Below, piece by piece: positions 1 through 9,849 of a DNA stretch of 64,000 nt. Location of the stretch: assembly GCA_045658265.1 (NCBI GenBank), contig JAZOUS010000023.1, forward strand, positions 2,266 through 66,265, given 5' to 3'. Numbering within the stretch: position 1 is the first letter of the stretch; each line of letters starts with the position of its first letter. The notes under the pieces are model-generated. The model was not told the DNA's origin, searched no databases, and saw only the letters and a list, made by a program, of their open reading frames with translations. The position numbers and the translations under genes were made by a program. The DNA comes from Alistipes sp. (GTDB taxonomy: Bacteria; Bacteroidota; Bacteroidia; Bacteroidales; Rikenellaceae).

Positions 1-424
1 TGCGGGAGCGAAGGCGAGCAATACTCTTACCTGGCTTAAGGCTTGTGCCATAGAGGAAACTGTATGCAAATGCCTCATCATTTTTGATGTTCTCAATGAT
101 TTGAATTGCATCGCTCTTGTAATCCTTTTCTGTCATCAGCGTATAGACAGTCTCATAGATAGATGCCAGAGCCTCCTGATCACAGAGAAAATCAATATCC
201 TCGACCAACTCTCCAGCAGCATCCAAATAAATTCTTTCTGCCTTTGCAAGTGCCTGTTTGTCACTAATTGTGGTGGCTTTGCCAAGAGTACAAAACTCCT
301 CGGTAATAGCGGTAATTACCAGTTTTACAAACTCCATCACCTGTTTAGCATCCAGTGTGAAATGTTTTTCATTCGCAGATTTAATAAGGCTTGCAATTGA
401 GCCTACAATGTTCTCGGTTCCCAT
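1..424 (-). CDS. Hypothetical protein, 5' part; runs off the window edge and is not in the ORF track
   Basis: Hand-translated from ATG at 424: MGTENIVGSIASLIKSANEKHFTLDAKQVMEFVKLVITAITEEF...GKSIARLRSR, with no stop before position 1; same strand as neighbouring island genes. Confidence 0.7.
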   Translation of the reverse strand, partial: MGTENIVGSIASLIKSANEKHFTLDAKQVMEFVKLVITAITEEFCTLGKATTISDKQALAKAERIYLDAAGELVEDIDFLCDQEALASIYETVYTLMTEKDYKSDAIQIIENIKNDEAFAYSFLYGTSLKPGKSIARLRSR

Positions 425-537
425 ATCTCTATACATTAAATTTTGCATACAAAAAGCGCTTGTTCTATTTTCAAAACGAAGATAGTGCAAGCGCTAAAAA
501 TGGGAACTTATAGGTGCACGGCACCTATTTTTATGGT

Positions 538-1899
538 TTACTTTTCAGTAAAAAGCCACTTTATGCTGTCGAGATTCTTGAATTTGTCCGATATTTCAAT
601 TAAGTTGGAATCTATAGTCAAAGGCTTTTCCAGATTGGTTATATATGGATATGGACTCTCATTGAAGAGCGTACATTGTACGTTTACACAATTGGTGATT
701 ATCTTGTAGCAATCTTTCAAGCGTTTTCGCTCGTACCCCTCGCCACTCTTCTTCTCTACGTTGCGGATCAAACGCTTGTATTGCTCCTCGCCATCACCAT
801 TGTATATGGCCTCGTAGATAGATATAAATGCCTTTTCGTGCTTACTAACATCAACAACCGAAGGCGTATTGGGGGCTTTCGTGCGGTTAATCATATTCAT
901 AATATAAATTACGTGGGCTGCTGGTTCAAAGTCTAACCATTGCATTTTCCCATTCTCATCAACCAAATAGGTACACCAATCCCCATACATCCTTCGACCA
1001 TCGATTTTTTCTTGCGAGGATTTACTCACCAGTTTAAGCTTTAATCGAGAAGTTTTAGCTTTGTTGATTACGGCATCAATAGCCTCTGCCAATATGTTTT
1101 TATCCTGAATTCGTTTTGAGAGTTCGAGTATTAGTTCGTTCTTTTCATTTACACTTAGGTTCTGGCATATTTTTACATATTCCATTCGCTCATTTGAATG
1201 ACCATTATTGGCATTCTTTAATATGGCCTCCACTGTATCGGGGAACTTTTTTAAGCTATCGACAAAATCGGTATATTCCATTTTGGGAACACTGATCATC
1301 TTCTCGAAACCCTTTCCCAGAAACGCATATTCGCTGGCTGGGGCATTATATTTTCCCCGAAACGCTATTTGACTCTTTGCAGAAATCAGATTCCGGCTGT
1401 TATAGTCAATTAATTTCATCCAAAGCCGTTTAGCCTCATCGGGTGCAGTCTCAATAGTGGTAGCAAATGCTGCAAAAGAACATTCGTCACACACTTTCTG
1501 CGCATCAACAGTCAATATGCCGAATGCGTTCTCCAAATGGCTTGCATCATTAATTCTACCGATAAAGTAACATTTATAACTTCGGTCAGGCGTGTAAAGG
1601 GGCATTATAATATTATAATTAGGCTCCGAAGTTTTTATATACTCTAATAATCTTTCATCAGACCTGAAAAAAGAAAAATCAGTTATGGCCTCCACGGAAT
1701 ATGGTAAATGCCACAAGGCCCTTACTCGACTTTGCCTTATTGAATTTTGAGTTTGAAGTACGGCATCATTCCACTCGTCGCTATCATCGGTCAGAACATA
1801 TAGCGTGCCATCAAGCAAACCCTCTATAGCTCGTTCTCTGCAAATAAGTTTTGCGAAGAAACTACCGTCAAATTGTATTCTATTTAAATCTGCAATCAT
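538..1899 (-). CDS. Hypothetical protein (453 aa); C-terminal region possibly DNA-binding or regulatory
   Basis: Long ORF with no recognisable catalytic motif; the regulator idea is only a weak impression from the C-terminal ~150 aa (LDFEPAAHVIYIMNMI...). Confidence 0.65.
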   Translation of the reverse strand: MIADLNRIQFDGSFFAKLICRERAIEGLLDGTLYVLTDDSDEWNDAVLQTQNSIRQSRVRALWHLPYSVEAITDFSFFRSDERLLEYIKTSEPNYNIIMPLYTPDRSYKCYFIGRINDASHLENAFGILTVDAQKVCDECSFAAFATTIETAPDEAKRLWMKLIDYNSRNLISAKSQIAFRGKYNAPASEYAFLGKGFEKMISVPKMEYTDFVDSLKKFPDTVEAILKNANNGHSNERMEYVKICQNLSVNEKNELILELSKRIQDKNILAEAIDAVINKAKTSRLKLKLVSKSSQEKIDGRRMYGDWCTYLVDENGKMQWLDFEPAAHVIYIMNMINRTKAPNTPSVVDVSKHEKAFISIYEAIYNGDGEEQYKRLIRNVEKKSGEGYERKRLKDCYKIITNCVNVQCTLFNESPYPYITNLEKPLTIDSNLIEISDKFKNLDSIKWLFTEK

Positions 1900-2046
1900 T
1901 TGTTAAATGCTTTTTACATAGGAGCCTTTTTTAGTAATGGCCCAGTATTAGGACAATGTAATATTATTTATCGACATAAATAAGAATCTATGCTTGACGC
2001 TCATTTGAAAAAGCACCTAATTTCGCAGTATTGATGTGCGATATTA

Positions 2047-2217
2047 TTAGCTCTTATCTTCTATGTCTAAGTTTGAGACTGCGGCAGCTAAATTCAACCT
2101 TGTTATTAGACGAGAGTCCCTAATCAGTTTTTTTAAGATTGTACGCATCTCCTTTTCAGTTGCCTTACCCTCCAAAAATGCAGAGTACACATTCGCATTA
2201 CAAATCATATCTTCCAT
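2047..2217 (-). CDS. Small hypothetical protein (56 aa) with an anti-sigma N-terminal-like motif
   Basis: Hand translation: MEDMICNANVYSAFLEGKATEKEMRTILKKLIRDSRLITRLNLAAAVSNLDIEDKS; ATG 2217, TAA 2047-2049; too short for the ORF track. Confidence 0.5.
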   Translation of the reverse strand: MEDMICNANVYSAFLEGKATEKEMRTILKKLIRDSRLITRLNLAAAVSNLDIEDKS

Positions 2218-2415
2218 TTTAAACTCTATAAAATTTTTGCTGATACAGATGAATTTGTTTAATGTTTTCTTGTCTGCATATCAAAAAATCATTCAACAGA
2301 TTCTCTATACCCAATGGAGTAGATTTAGCTTGCATTTCTATCGCTTTGTATTTGCTACTTCGGATAAAAGGTGTCGTAATGCTACCTACGGATGTACGGG
2401 CTATCACCAGTAAGA

Positions 2416-2443
2416 ATTAGCCCAAACTCACGGTTGGGCTAAT
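2416..2443. terminator. Stem-loop, putative terminator downstream of 2575..2796
   Basis: Perfect 10-bp inverted repeat: attagcccaa-N8-ttgggctaat. Confidence 0.45.
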
Positions 2444-2574
2444 CTATTAAAATATTGTTGAATCTTCTTCGCTATTTATGGTTGAATATTCTCGCTTGTA
2501 ATTGTTGTGTATATTTATATGAATTAAGTAGCAATTTCAATAATCCAACCTCCCGCCACAAATGTATCAATATA

Positions 2575-2796
2575 CTAATGAGCTCTGCTTTTTTCAAATT
2601 CTTTTTTACAATCAAGGCATATATATGTTGCATATGGGCATAAAGACTTTTGTGTCTCTCTTTCTGCTATAACTCCACCTGCAGGACCGGCCAGGTGACC
2701 AACTAAGCCTGCACCAAATGCACATATATTTGCAAATACTCGCGCTCCGATGTTTGTTCCTTGAGTTCTTTCCGAACCACAATATGGACATTTCAT
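2575..2796 (-). CDS. Small Zn-ribbon protein with an internal glycine-zipper hydrophobic segment
   Basis: CPYC ... FGAGLVGHLAGPAGG ... YICLDCKKEF; same architecture as 16664..16906. Confidence 0.75.
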   Translation of the reverse strand: MKCPYCGSERTQGTNIGARVFANICAFGAGLVGHLAGPAGGVIAERETQKSLCPYATYICLDCKKEFEKSRAH

Positions 2797-2960
2797 AATA
2801 TAATATTTTAATGTTAATTTTATTCAATTTCAGTATAACCAAATCATTGGGTTAAATGAAACTCTACCAACTTGCGCAACAATATGAGTATAACATCTCT
2901 TTTATCTCAGTTATATGCTAATGTATAAGTTAAAACATTATCCTCGATAACTTGCGATTA

Positions 2961-2968
2961 CAAATTTA
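2961..2968 (-). promoter_or_regulatory. Bacteroidetes -7 promoter element
   Basis: TAAATTTG on the minus strand matches TAnnTTTG and lies upstream of 2796. Confidence 0.4.
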
Positions 2969-3112
2969 CGAATTATATTCGATAAGCCAAGTTAATTAGT
3001 GCTCCTATCTTTATGATATAAAATGTAGAGATATTATTAAATCTCTTATTTCATTTTAATCGACAATGTTATACATTCTTGGCATTATGGGTTATTGCAA
3101 CGTTTTGCCCAA

Positions 3113-6100
3113 TTAGTCTATCATTACGAAGTTTGCCCAATATATTGGATGCTTAAATTGTTCCTTAACCTCATTCTTTGCATTGTTGAACGAGTTAATT
3201 AATGATTGTTCATCAAATAGCAGATGTTTATAAAATTTTGTCATAAACATAGCGCCAGCCTCATCCAGCTCATTCCACAATGACATAACTATACTTCTAA
3301 CGCCTGCTTTTTTGAAAGCCCTTTGCAGCCCATATAACTCATCGGAACGAACTATTCCATTTCCACTATTACAAACAGATAATACCACAAGTGATGTATC
3401 CCTCAGATCCATCTTGGCAATATCTGAGGCTGTAAGAATTCCTTCGTGTTGAATGGGTGTGCCGTATAGCCATCCCTGATTACCATTACTCATAACAATT
3501 CCCGACAAATCCATAGGGTTGAATCTGCCTTTTAATGCAGGTAGATTTGCTGCTGTTTCCTGCGTCTCAAAGAAACCGTGAGTCGCAAAATGAATTACCG
3601 ATACCTTTTTGCCACTTAATTCGTAGAACTTATCAGATGTTCCATCTGAATGAGTATATTTTCTGACAAAATCCTTTCCCTTTGATGTTTCCCACATAAA
3701 GGCGATATTGTTAATCTCTTTAAGGCTATAAAACAGATTATTCCAGGGCATAAGTTGTGTAACTTCTCCCTTTTCATAATTTATGGTATACCCTCTGTCT
3801 TTGGAATTTGTCTTTTCGTTGTACGCATAATCCAATCCTCCGAATAATTCTATGTTATTCAGCGAATTGTAATGTATTTTATCTCTTATTGTGCGGGCGT
3901 GACTTATTCGCGCAATGCTATTGTAATAATCGGATACGATACATTTGGTGTCATTTGATACTACAAGTGACTCCATCGGAATTTTATGCAATGATCCTGA
4001 TGGAACTATATAAATATTGAAGGAAGGGACAATATTCCTAAGGCAAGTAATATTGCTGAATATACGATTGAAAAGTCTATTGCTATATTCAAGATCTGGA
4101 TTATATGCTTCCGAAAAATGGTATTGCACCCCATCATGATATGATAGCGCATACACTTCGTCGAATATTTTTTGAATATCCGATTCTTTACACACTTTAT
4201 ATAGTTGCGGCGCTTTATATCCCTTCAGATATGCAAAAGCTATATATTGTCGGTCCTCATCCTGGATTTCATAATCATAGAAATCAATTACTACATCGTT
4301 GTCGCTCAGGCTATCAGCAATGTAACTGTAGTCTTGTTTTGCAAAATCTGAATATTTGTCAATTACATCGCAAGTTGCACACATTAAACGCATACGTTGC
4401 AAATAATGGTTGACATATTCATCTGATGAGTTCTCAGTCGAGGTACCCCAGGGATTTCTTTTCTGCTCATATCTCTCCAACTCTTCATATATGCTGCGGA
4501 TATTTTCTGGCATACCATCTGAAAAAATGGCAGACCTAAGAGTGTGCTCAGAACTGAGCATAAAGCCCTTGGATAACAGTATTAGTTCATAAATTTTATT
4601 GCGTAATATGTCACTGTCATCCTCATTGCATAAACTCACAATATGCTGTATTCTCTTAATAATGTCGTTCCAATAGTTTTCTCGCAGATCTCCGTCCATA
4701 TATTTTAACCGTTTGTTCGTCTGCGCTAATATCATATCAATTGCGGATATAATATCCTGCTCCGCTAAATGGTGTTCTCCTATATTCCTATATGCAATTG
4801 AGCGGTTGATGATGATGTTGAACTTAAAATAGTCTTTGTCTGCGTCAGTGGATTTTTCTATTATCTCTATGGCCTCATTAAATGCTTCAATTGCCATCTG
4901 CGGCTCAGTATCTTTTTGCAGATTTCCTATCTCAAACAGGCAATTATACATCGGTTGGTAGGACAACGTTATGTCAGAACCTGGGTGATGCTCTTTTTTG
5001 AACGTATCTACAATTGTCTTATACACCTCAATTGCTCCTGATGTATTTCCACAGCATTCGCAAGCCTTTCCTACGGAGTGAAGGGCCATTACCGTGTGGA
5101 AATCAGAGAACACATTGTCGGCGATTAGCATTGCATCATCAGCAAGGGAAATTGAGCGGTATAGATGCTTCTGTGAGATTTCTGCGTTAGAATGCCACAT
5201 CAACATCCTGAATTTGTCAGTAGGAAACATGTTTTGAGGAAATGGAATTTCATACGGTATATCTTCCTCCTCATCATTTTCCTTATCCATATTTCTGCTA
5301 ATTACCTCTTCTCTTGCCGCCGAATTGTGTAATAATTGATATGCAAATTTCAATGCATCGGAATTACTATACCCAATCTCCCCTCCATATGCTTTTGATT
5401 CAGCAGCCTTCAGTTCTTCCGTGCTGAGCGATGATGTTTGCCAATCTCCACGTTCTAATGCCAAGAGGGAGTCAATGACTGGCATTGCCTCCCGAATCCT
5501 GTTTCTCTTAAATTCAGACTTCTCCTCACTCAAAAGTTTCTCTCCCAATTTATACGGATTGAGCTTGTGTTCATCGCATAATGCTAATAATTCCTTAACA
5601 ACATCAATTCTTTCTTGGTCTATATCGGCATAAACACTCAAATCCACAGTAATAATGCAAATGGTCAATTTACGAACTATTGAAATATATTCGTAGGAGA
5701 CATCTTTTGCTTCTTTGGCTATCTGAAGAGCCTTATTATAGTATTCCATTGCTTTGGAAAACTCTCTTAGGCTCCCATAGTTGATAGCAATGTGAAACAA
5801 TGCCTCTATATGTTCTTCAAAAGATATGACATTCGATACTGCCGCAATTTTACATATTGCCTTTCCGCACAATATGGCCGTATTGTATTGTAGATGAGCC
5901 AACATAAAATCGGCTCTCTTGTAATAATAGTTATATAGACTCCTTAGAAACGACTCAATATGTTTTTTTATTCGCTGGTCGTTAAAACATAAATAGCGTT
6001 CTTTATATTTTTCTGCAAAAGTATCGTCATCAATGTCGAAAATTTGGTGTAGGTTTAATAACCGTTCGTTGGCAGTATAAAATAGTTGTTTATCTCCTTT

Positions 6101-6337
6101 GTTTTTTATAAGTAAATAAACCTCATCTATAAGAATCTGCAACTCCTCGAACCAATGCTCTTCTGATTGGGCAAGCATTCTGGTCTCCTCTAATTTTATG
6201 TACTCTTTGGTGCTCCACTTTTTGCAAAGAGATTCAACTGAAATATAACGCAATGTTTCAATCTTTTGCAGAGTATATCCTATCTTTTCAGCAGACCATA
6301 TTGCCCACATCGACAAAGCTTTCTTGATAATATTCAT
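3113..6337 (-). CDS. TPR-CHAT (caspase HetF-like) protease
   Basis: N-terminal and central TPR-like helical repeats (AMEYYNKALQIAK, AIEAFNEAIEII); CHAT motifs IVPSGSLHKIPME, IHFATHGFF (catalytic His), VVLSVCNSG (catalytic Cys), GLQRAFKKAG, HPIYWANF. Confidence 0.92.
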   Translation of the reverse strand: MNIIKKALSMWAIWSAEKIGYTLQKIETLRYISVESLCKKWSTKEYIKLEETRMLAQSEEHWFEELQILIDEVYLLIKNKGDKQLFYTANERLLNLHQIFDIDDDTFAEKYKERYLCFNDQRIKKHIESFLRSLYNYYYKRADFMLAHLQYNTAILCGKAICKIAAVSNVISFEEHIEALFHIAINYGSLREFSKAMEYYNKALQIAKEAKDVSYEYISIVRKLTICIITVDLSVYADIDQERIDVVKELLALCDEHKLNPYKLGEKLLSEEKSEFKRNRIREAMPVIDSLLALERGDWQTSSLSTEELKAAESKAYGGEIGYSNSDALKFAYQLLHNSAAREEVISRNMDKENDEEEDIPYEIPFPQNMFPTDKFRMLMWHSNAEISQKHLYRSISLADDAMLIADNVFSDFHTVMALHSVGKACECCGNTSGAIEVYKTIVDTFKKEHHPGSDITLSYQPMYNCLFEIGNLQKDTEPQMAIEAFNEAIEIIEKSTDADKDYFKFNIIINRSIAYRNIGEHHLAEQDIISAIDMILAQTNKRLKYMDGDLRENYWNDIIKRIQHIVSLCNEDDSDILRNKIYELILLSKGFMLSSEHTLRSAIFSDGMPENIRSIYEELERYEQKRNPWGTSTENSSDEYVNHYLQRMRLMCATCDVIDKYSDFAKQDYSYIADSLSDNDVVIDFYDYEIQDEDRQYIAFAYLKGYKAPQLYKVCKESDIQKIFDEVYALSYHDGVQYHFSEAYNPDLEYSNRLFNRIFSNITCLRNIVPSFNIYIVPSGSLHKIPMESLVVSNDTKCIVSDYYNSIARISHARTIRDKIHYNSLNNIELFGGLDYAYNEKTNSKDRGYTINYEKGEVTQLMPWNNLFYSLKEINNIAFMWETSKGKDFVRKYTHSDGTSDKFYELSGKKVSVIHFATHGFFETQETAANLPALKGRFNPMDLSGIVMSNGNQGWLYGTPIQHEGILTASDIAKMDLRDTSLVVLSVCNSGNGIVRSDELYGLQRAFKKAGVRSIVMSLWNELDEAGAMFMTKFYKHLLFDEQSLINSFNNAKNEVKEQFKHPIYWANFVMID

Positions 6338-6398
6338 ATCTTATTATTTGCAGATAACACATTTACATCGAGTATATACACAACTTGATGTGTTGTAA

Positions 6399-6749
6399 TT
6401 ACAGGAGTTTTACATAGTATGTGTCAGTATTTGAGTCGTTTGGTAAGTCCACTTTTATCTCACCCTTAACTACATATTTATATTTTGCATCAATTGCTGT
6501 CATCTCCCATTTTTCGGAGTTGGGGCATTTAACTAATAGCAGGAATGCGATATTGTCGTATTGTTTAATCTTGCCAGTTTCCAATAATAACGACTTATAT
6601 CGAGTTTTTATATATTCGACGGTATCGCCGTCTTCAATCTTCTTAGCTGTTTCTATCAAACCTTTAAAGTTAATAAAATACATTAAGAACTTTGATAAGC
6701 CTATGCTAATTTTATTGTCTGTGAAAAAATTTATAATTGTGTCAATCAT
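6399..6749 (-). CDS. Hypothetical protein (116 aa)
   Basis: ORF tightly packed between 6755..7750 and the CHAT gene on the same strand. Confidence 0.65.
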   Translation of the reverse strand: MIDTIINFFTDNKISIGLSKFLMYFINFKGLIETAKKIEDGDTVEYIKTRYKSLLLETGKIKQYDNIAFLLLVKCPNSEKWEMTAIDAKYKYVVKGEIKVDLPNDSNTDTYYVKLL

Positions 6750-6754
6750 TTTAT

Positions 6755-7750
6755 TTAGTATATATTGTTATAAACATACAAACTGATAAGTTTCTTTATT
6801 TCATTACTGCGAGGTATAGGACATAAATAGTTCTGGAAATTTCGTATTACTTCGTCTGTCAGCATAGTGTGATATTTCATACCCTCAATAAAGCAGTCTC
6901 CTATACGGAATGTGTACGACATATTTATGGCCTTACCAATAGAGAGCTCTTTTGAGTTTCCATCTCCAATGTGTTTTTCAATATCTTTATGCCACAATGG
7001 ATATTTTGCGGTGTTGATATAAATCGATGGGAATAGAACTTTGTATAGTGTTGGATGTTTTTGAGACCAGTCTCCGACTTCTGTGTACGCCTTATATATA
7101 ACTCCAATATATTTCCACGCTGGCAACTCTCTATGCATTACTTGTAGCATTGCAACTGCAATTGATACAACGCTTCGTGAAACAATAGTTTTTTCCGAAG
7201 ACACGGGATTTGAACTTGCCTTTTTTATTAGAGAAAACATCATAGCACCCCATATAATACTCAATGCAATTGTTTGAGTATATAGAACATCTCCATATTC
7301 GCTTATGGTGTTGCTTGATACCTTATTGTAAATAGATATCACGACTTTCTTAAATGCCGACATTCCATCGATATATGACAAACTGCTTACATCTGCAGAT
7401 TTATCAATGTAAAATTTTAGAATATCTTCATACGTAGCTCCATATGACACGAATGCAAACTTTGTATATACTCGCTCAATCAAATCTGTTGTTAAATTTT
7501 CAACATCAACAGGAATTTCTCTCTTTAGTTGTTCAATTGTAACAGTATTGAGTTTTGTACTGCTTGATAATGATAGTTTTGGTATACTTATCGGAGCTTT
7601 TAGAGCTAATTCAGAGAGACTGACTGATCTCCTTGTGAGGGGGAGGAGCGGATCAGGGCGAGGAGTAACAAGTTCTAATATAGAATCGGCAAGACGCTCA
7701 AGCAATGATTTTTCCTTAAATTTGAGCGGGCTCATTTTTAGTTCAGACAT
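6755..7750 (-). CDS. Hypothetical protein (331 aa)
   Basis: Long ORF; Ser/Pro/Leu-rich N-terminus and central hydrophobic helices; no family recognised. Confidence 0.7.
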   Translation of the reverse strand: MSELKMSPLKFKEKSLLERLADSILELVTPRPDPLLPLTRRSVSLSELALKAPISIPKLSLSSSTKLNTVTIEQLKREIPVDVENLTTDLIERVYTKFAFVSYGATYEDILKFYIDKSADVSSLSYIDGMSAFKKVVISIYNKVSSNTISEYGDVLYTQTIALSIIWGAMMFSLIKKASSNPVSSEKTIVSRSVVSIAVAMLQVMHRELPAWKYIGVIYKAYTEVGDWSQKHPTLYKVLFPSIYINTAKYPLWHKDIEKHIGDGNSKELSIGKAINMSYTFRIGDCFIEGMKYHTMLTDEVIRNFQNYLCPIPRSNEIKKLISLYVYNNIY

Positions 7751-7943
7751 TGTTTTATGTTTTAAATGTTAGTATTTAATGTTGTTTATTGATTACGGCA
7801 TATTATATATTAACCTTGTCTATTAAACTTGAAAAGCAAGATGTTTTGCAAAAATAAGTTTTACTAACTATTTTGTTCTGCAATATCCCCTTTATGGGAA
7901 CTATAATAATATGTCTAATTTATCGTGATTCTCATTTCATATT

Positions 7944-8843
7944 TTATTCAAAAGGATTACCTCCGTGTATGTGACAATATGCTGAATCTTTTGATACAAT
8001 ATTGCCACAGTGTATGCAAGGCACACCTTCGTATTTTTCGATTATTCTATCATATTCTCCAGAATTAATCCATTTCAAGAGTTCTCCTGCTCTATAAACT
8101 GTCCAAGGATGCGAACTTGTTAAAATTGACAAAGAACGTATTGCTGTATCGCCAAAGCCATTGTTGAGTTTCTCAAACTCCTCAGCTTGTTTAATGAAAG
8201 ACTCTTCATTGAGTTTGTTGAAGTATTTCATTGGTACTCCAGCCATTTTAATCACTGTCTGTATTGCTTCTTCTTTATTTTGACAGGCCAACAAGCCAGC
8301 GCGGTCCGCTGAGAATTCAGACATTCTATTCCAATACAATAGGGCATAGTGGATTGGTTCAAGCAAAGCATCTCCAAGTGGAATATATTTTATCATTGAA
8401 GATATCATTTGAGCCATAAGATGATATAAAACGTGCCCGCTTTTAATATGCCCCATTTCGTGGCCTATTATATATTTCAATTGATTATCATTGAGCAGAT
8501 CTACAGCTCCGCTATTTAACACGAGTAGGGTTTGATCTTTAATACCTGTTGTGTATGCATTAACTGCATATCCCCATTCTGTGTAAATTTCGGGAAAATC
8601 TTCTACGCCAATAGTCTTGGCAACATCTTCCACTAATTCATATAATTCTGGACAAGATTCGCGTGTTACGTGAAAATTGCTACCTTTCAGCTCGATAATC
8701 TGCCATTTTACAAAACCCCAATTTAAGAAGAAATTGGTTACAGTATCAAGCCCGGGTAGGGCACGCAGTTTTTTTAATGCAGCCTTATCAAATGGGTGTT
8801 CGTATTCTTCTGGCGGGAGATTGATTAATTTTTTAGCTTCCAT
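7944..8843 (-). CDS. M48 family Zn-metallopeptidase with a C-terminal Zn-ribbon
   Basis: HEMGH zinc motif, NRMSEFSADRAG and SSHP motifs, N-terminal YEHPFD..AL..L...PG; C-terminal CIHC...CHIHG. Confidence 0.9.
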   Translation of the reverse strand: MEAKKLINLPPEEYEHPFDKAALKKLRALPGLDTVTNFFLNWGFVKWQIIELKGSNFHVTRESCPELYELVEDVAKTIGVEDFPEIYTEWGYAVNAYTTGIKDQTLLVLNSGAVDLLNDNQLKYIIGHEMGHIKSGHVLYHLMAQMISSMIKYIPLGDALLEPIHYALLYWNRMSEFSADRAGLLACQNKEEAIQTVIKMAGVPMKYFNKLNEESFIKQAEEFEKLNNGFGDTAIRSLSILTSSHPWTVYRAGELLKWINSGEYDRIIEKYEGVPCIHCGNIVSKDSAYCHIHGGNPFE

Positions 8844-8969
8844 ATTTGTTATTTTTATTCTATCGTTGCGTTATTCGTTATAATCTTATTACAAAGTAAA
8901 TACAGTCAGAGTCAATTTGTCGCTACATTATGTGATTAAAATTTAAGTTACACCTTTTTAATCTAATTG

Positions 8970-9050
8970 AATATTGTCTTTGTTTTGCAGAATATTTCTG
9001 TTAATCCTAAAATTATATTTTGTAGGCTTTGTGTTTGCAAAGACAATATT
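8970..9050. repeat. Perfect 13-bp inverted repeat with a 55-bp spacer
   Basis: aatattgtctttg (8970-8982) and caaagacaatatt (9038-9050). Confidence 0.6.
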
Positions 9051-9077
9051 CTCTTTACTTATAGAAGATAAATGAAT

Positions 9078-9845
9078 CTAATTTCCATCGTTTATTGGAT
9101 GCATATCACAACTTACTGCAGGCATATTTTCTGTGTTTTCATCACAATCTTCTTTAATAGCCAATTCTCCATAGCGGATATGCCCATTTTGTAAAATGGC
9201 GGCATTGACAAACTCTCTTTTTATATTATGTTCTTCTAATATAATATGAAAATATGATAAAGAGCCTATCATAATGTAATCAACAACGCCTGGGGTGTGG
9301 ATAAATTTCTTGGACTCTGGGCATAAAATAATCCATTCATATATTTTTGAAATATCAGCTCTCAGACCATTGGCTTTTGAATCATAAATTATTGTGGGGC
9401 TTATGATATCATTTAGTTTGTGAGAGTTATGTATGCAGAATGTAGCAACGTTATCCATCAAATCAATATCGGATGGAGTGTTAGCTACAAACAAAATTGT
9501 GAATGGCGTTGAGCGACCTTCTTCATCCTTCATCGAACCATATAAATTTCTTATAGCTAAACATACAGAACCATCATTAAGAGTTCGATACATAACTACA
9601 TAGCCGCCGTGTGAGAACAGGCTTTTACATTCAGATGGAAAATCATAGGTTGAATTTCTCGAAATTATTTGTATCTTATCCAAACTTTCAAGTTCCGAAA
9701 TCTTTTGCACTTCTTCTGCCAAACCTCTTTTTTTCATTATAGAAAGAAGTGGTAAGTAGTACACAGATGAGGAATTTGCATCAAGATTTCCGAGATACAT
9801 ATCTTTATACCCTCCAAATGAGTAAAAACAATAAGCCCTTATCAT
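9078..9845 (-). CDS. Putative GTPase-associated adaptor protein, paralog of 11108..11971
   Basis: Shares YSxGGYKDxYLG, YYLPLL, SHGGY and KDExGRSxPF with the paralog; follows a GTPase gene. Confidence 0.7.
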   Translation of the reverse strand: MIRAYCFYSFGGYKDMYLGNLDANSSSVYYLPLLSIMKKRGLAEEVQKISELESLDKIQIISRNSTYDFPSECKSLFSHGGYVVMYRTLNDGSVCLAIRNLYGSMKDEEGRSTPFTILFVANTPSDIDLMDNVATFCIHNSHKLNDIISPTIIYDSKANGLRADISKIYEWIILCPESKKFIHTPGVVDYIMIGSLSYFHIILEEHNIKREFVNAAILQNGHIRYGELAIKEDCDENTENMPAVSCDMHPINDGN

Positions 9846-9849
9846 ATTC

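Noticed and set aside
2219-2407. 62-aa minus-strand ORF
   Set aside because: GTG start, no motif, and it probably lies in the leader of 2047..2217; no support for it being a gene.
3113-7750. CHAT-gasdermin or Craspase (type III-E) locus
   Set aside because: Neither neighbour shows gasdermin features (N-terminal Cys, beta-rich ~270 aa), and there is no Cas7-11 gene or CRISPR array in the window.
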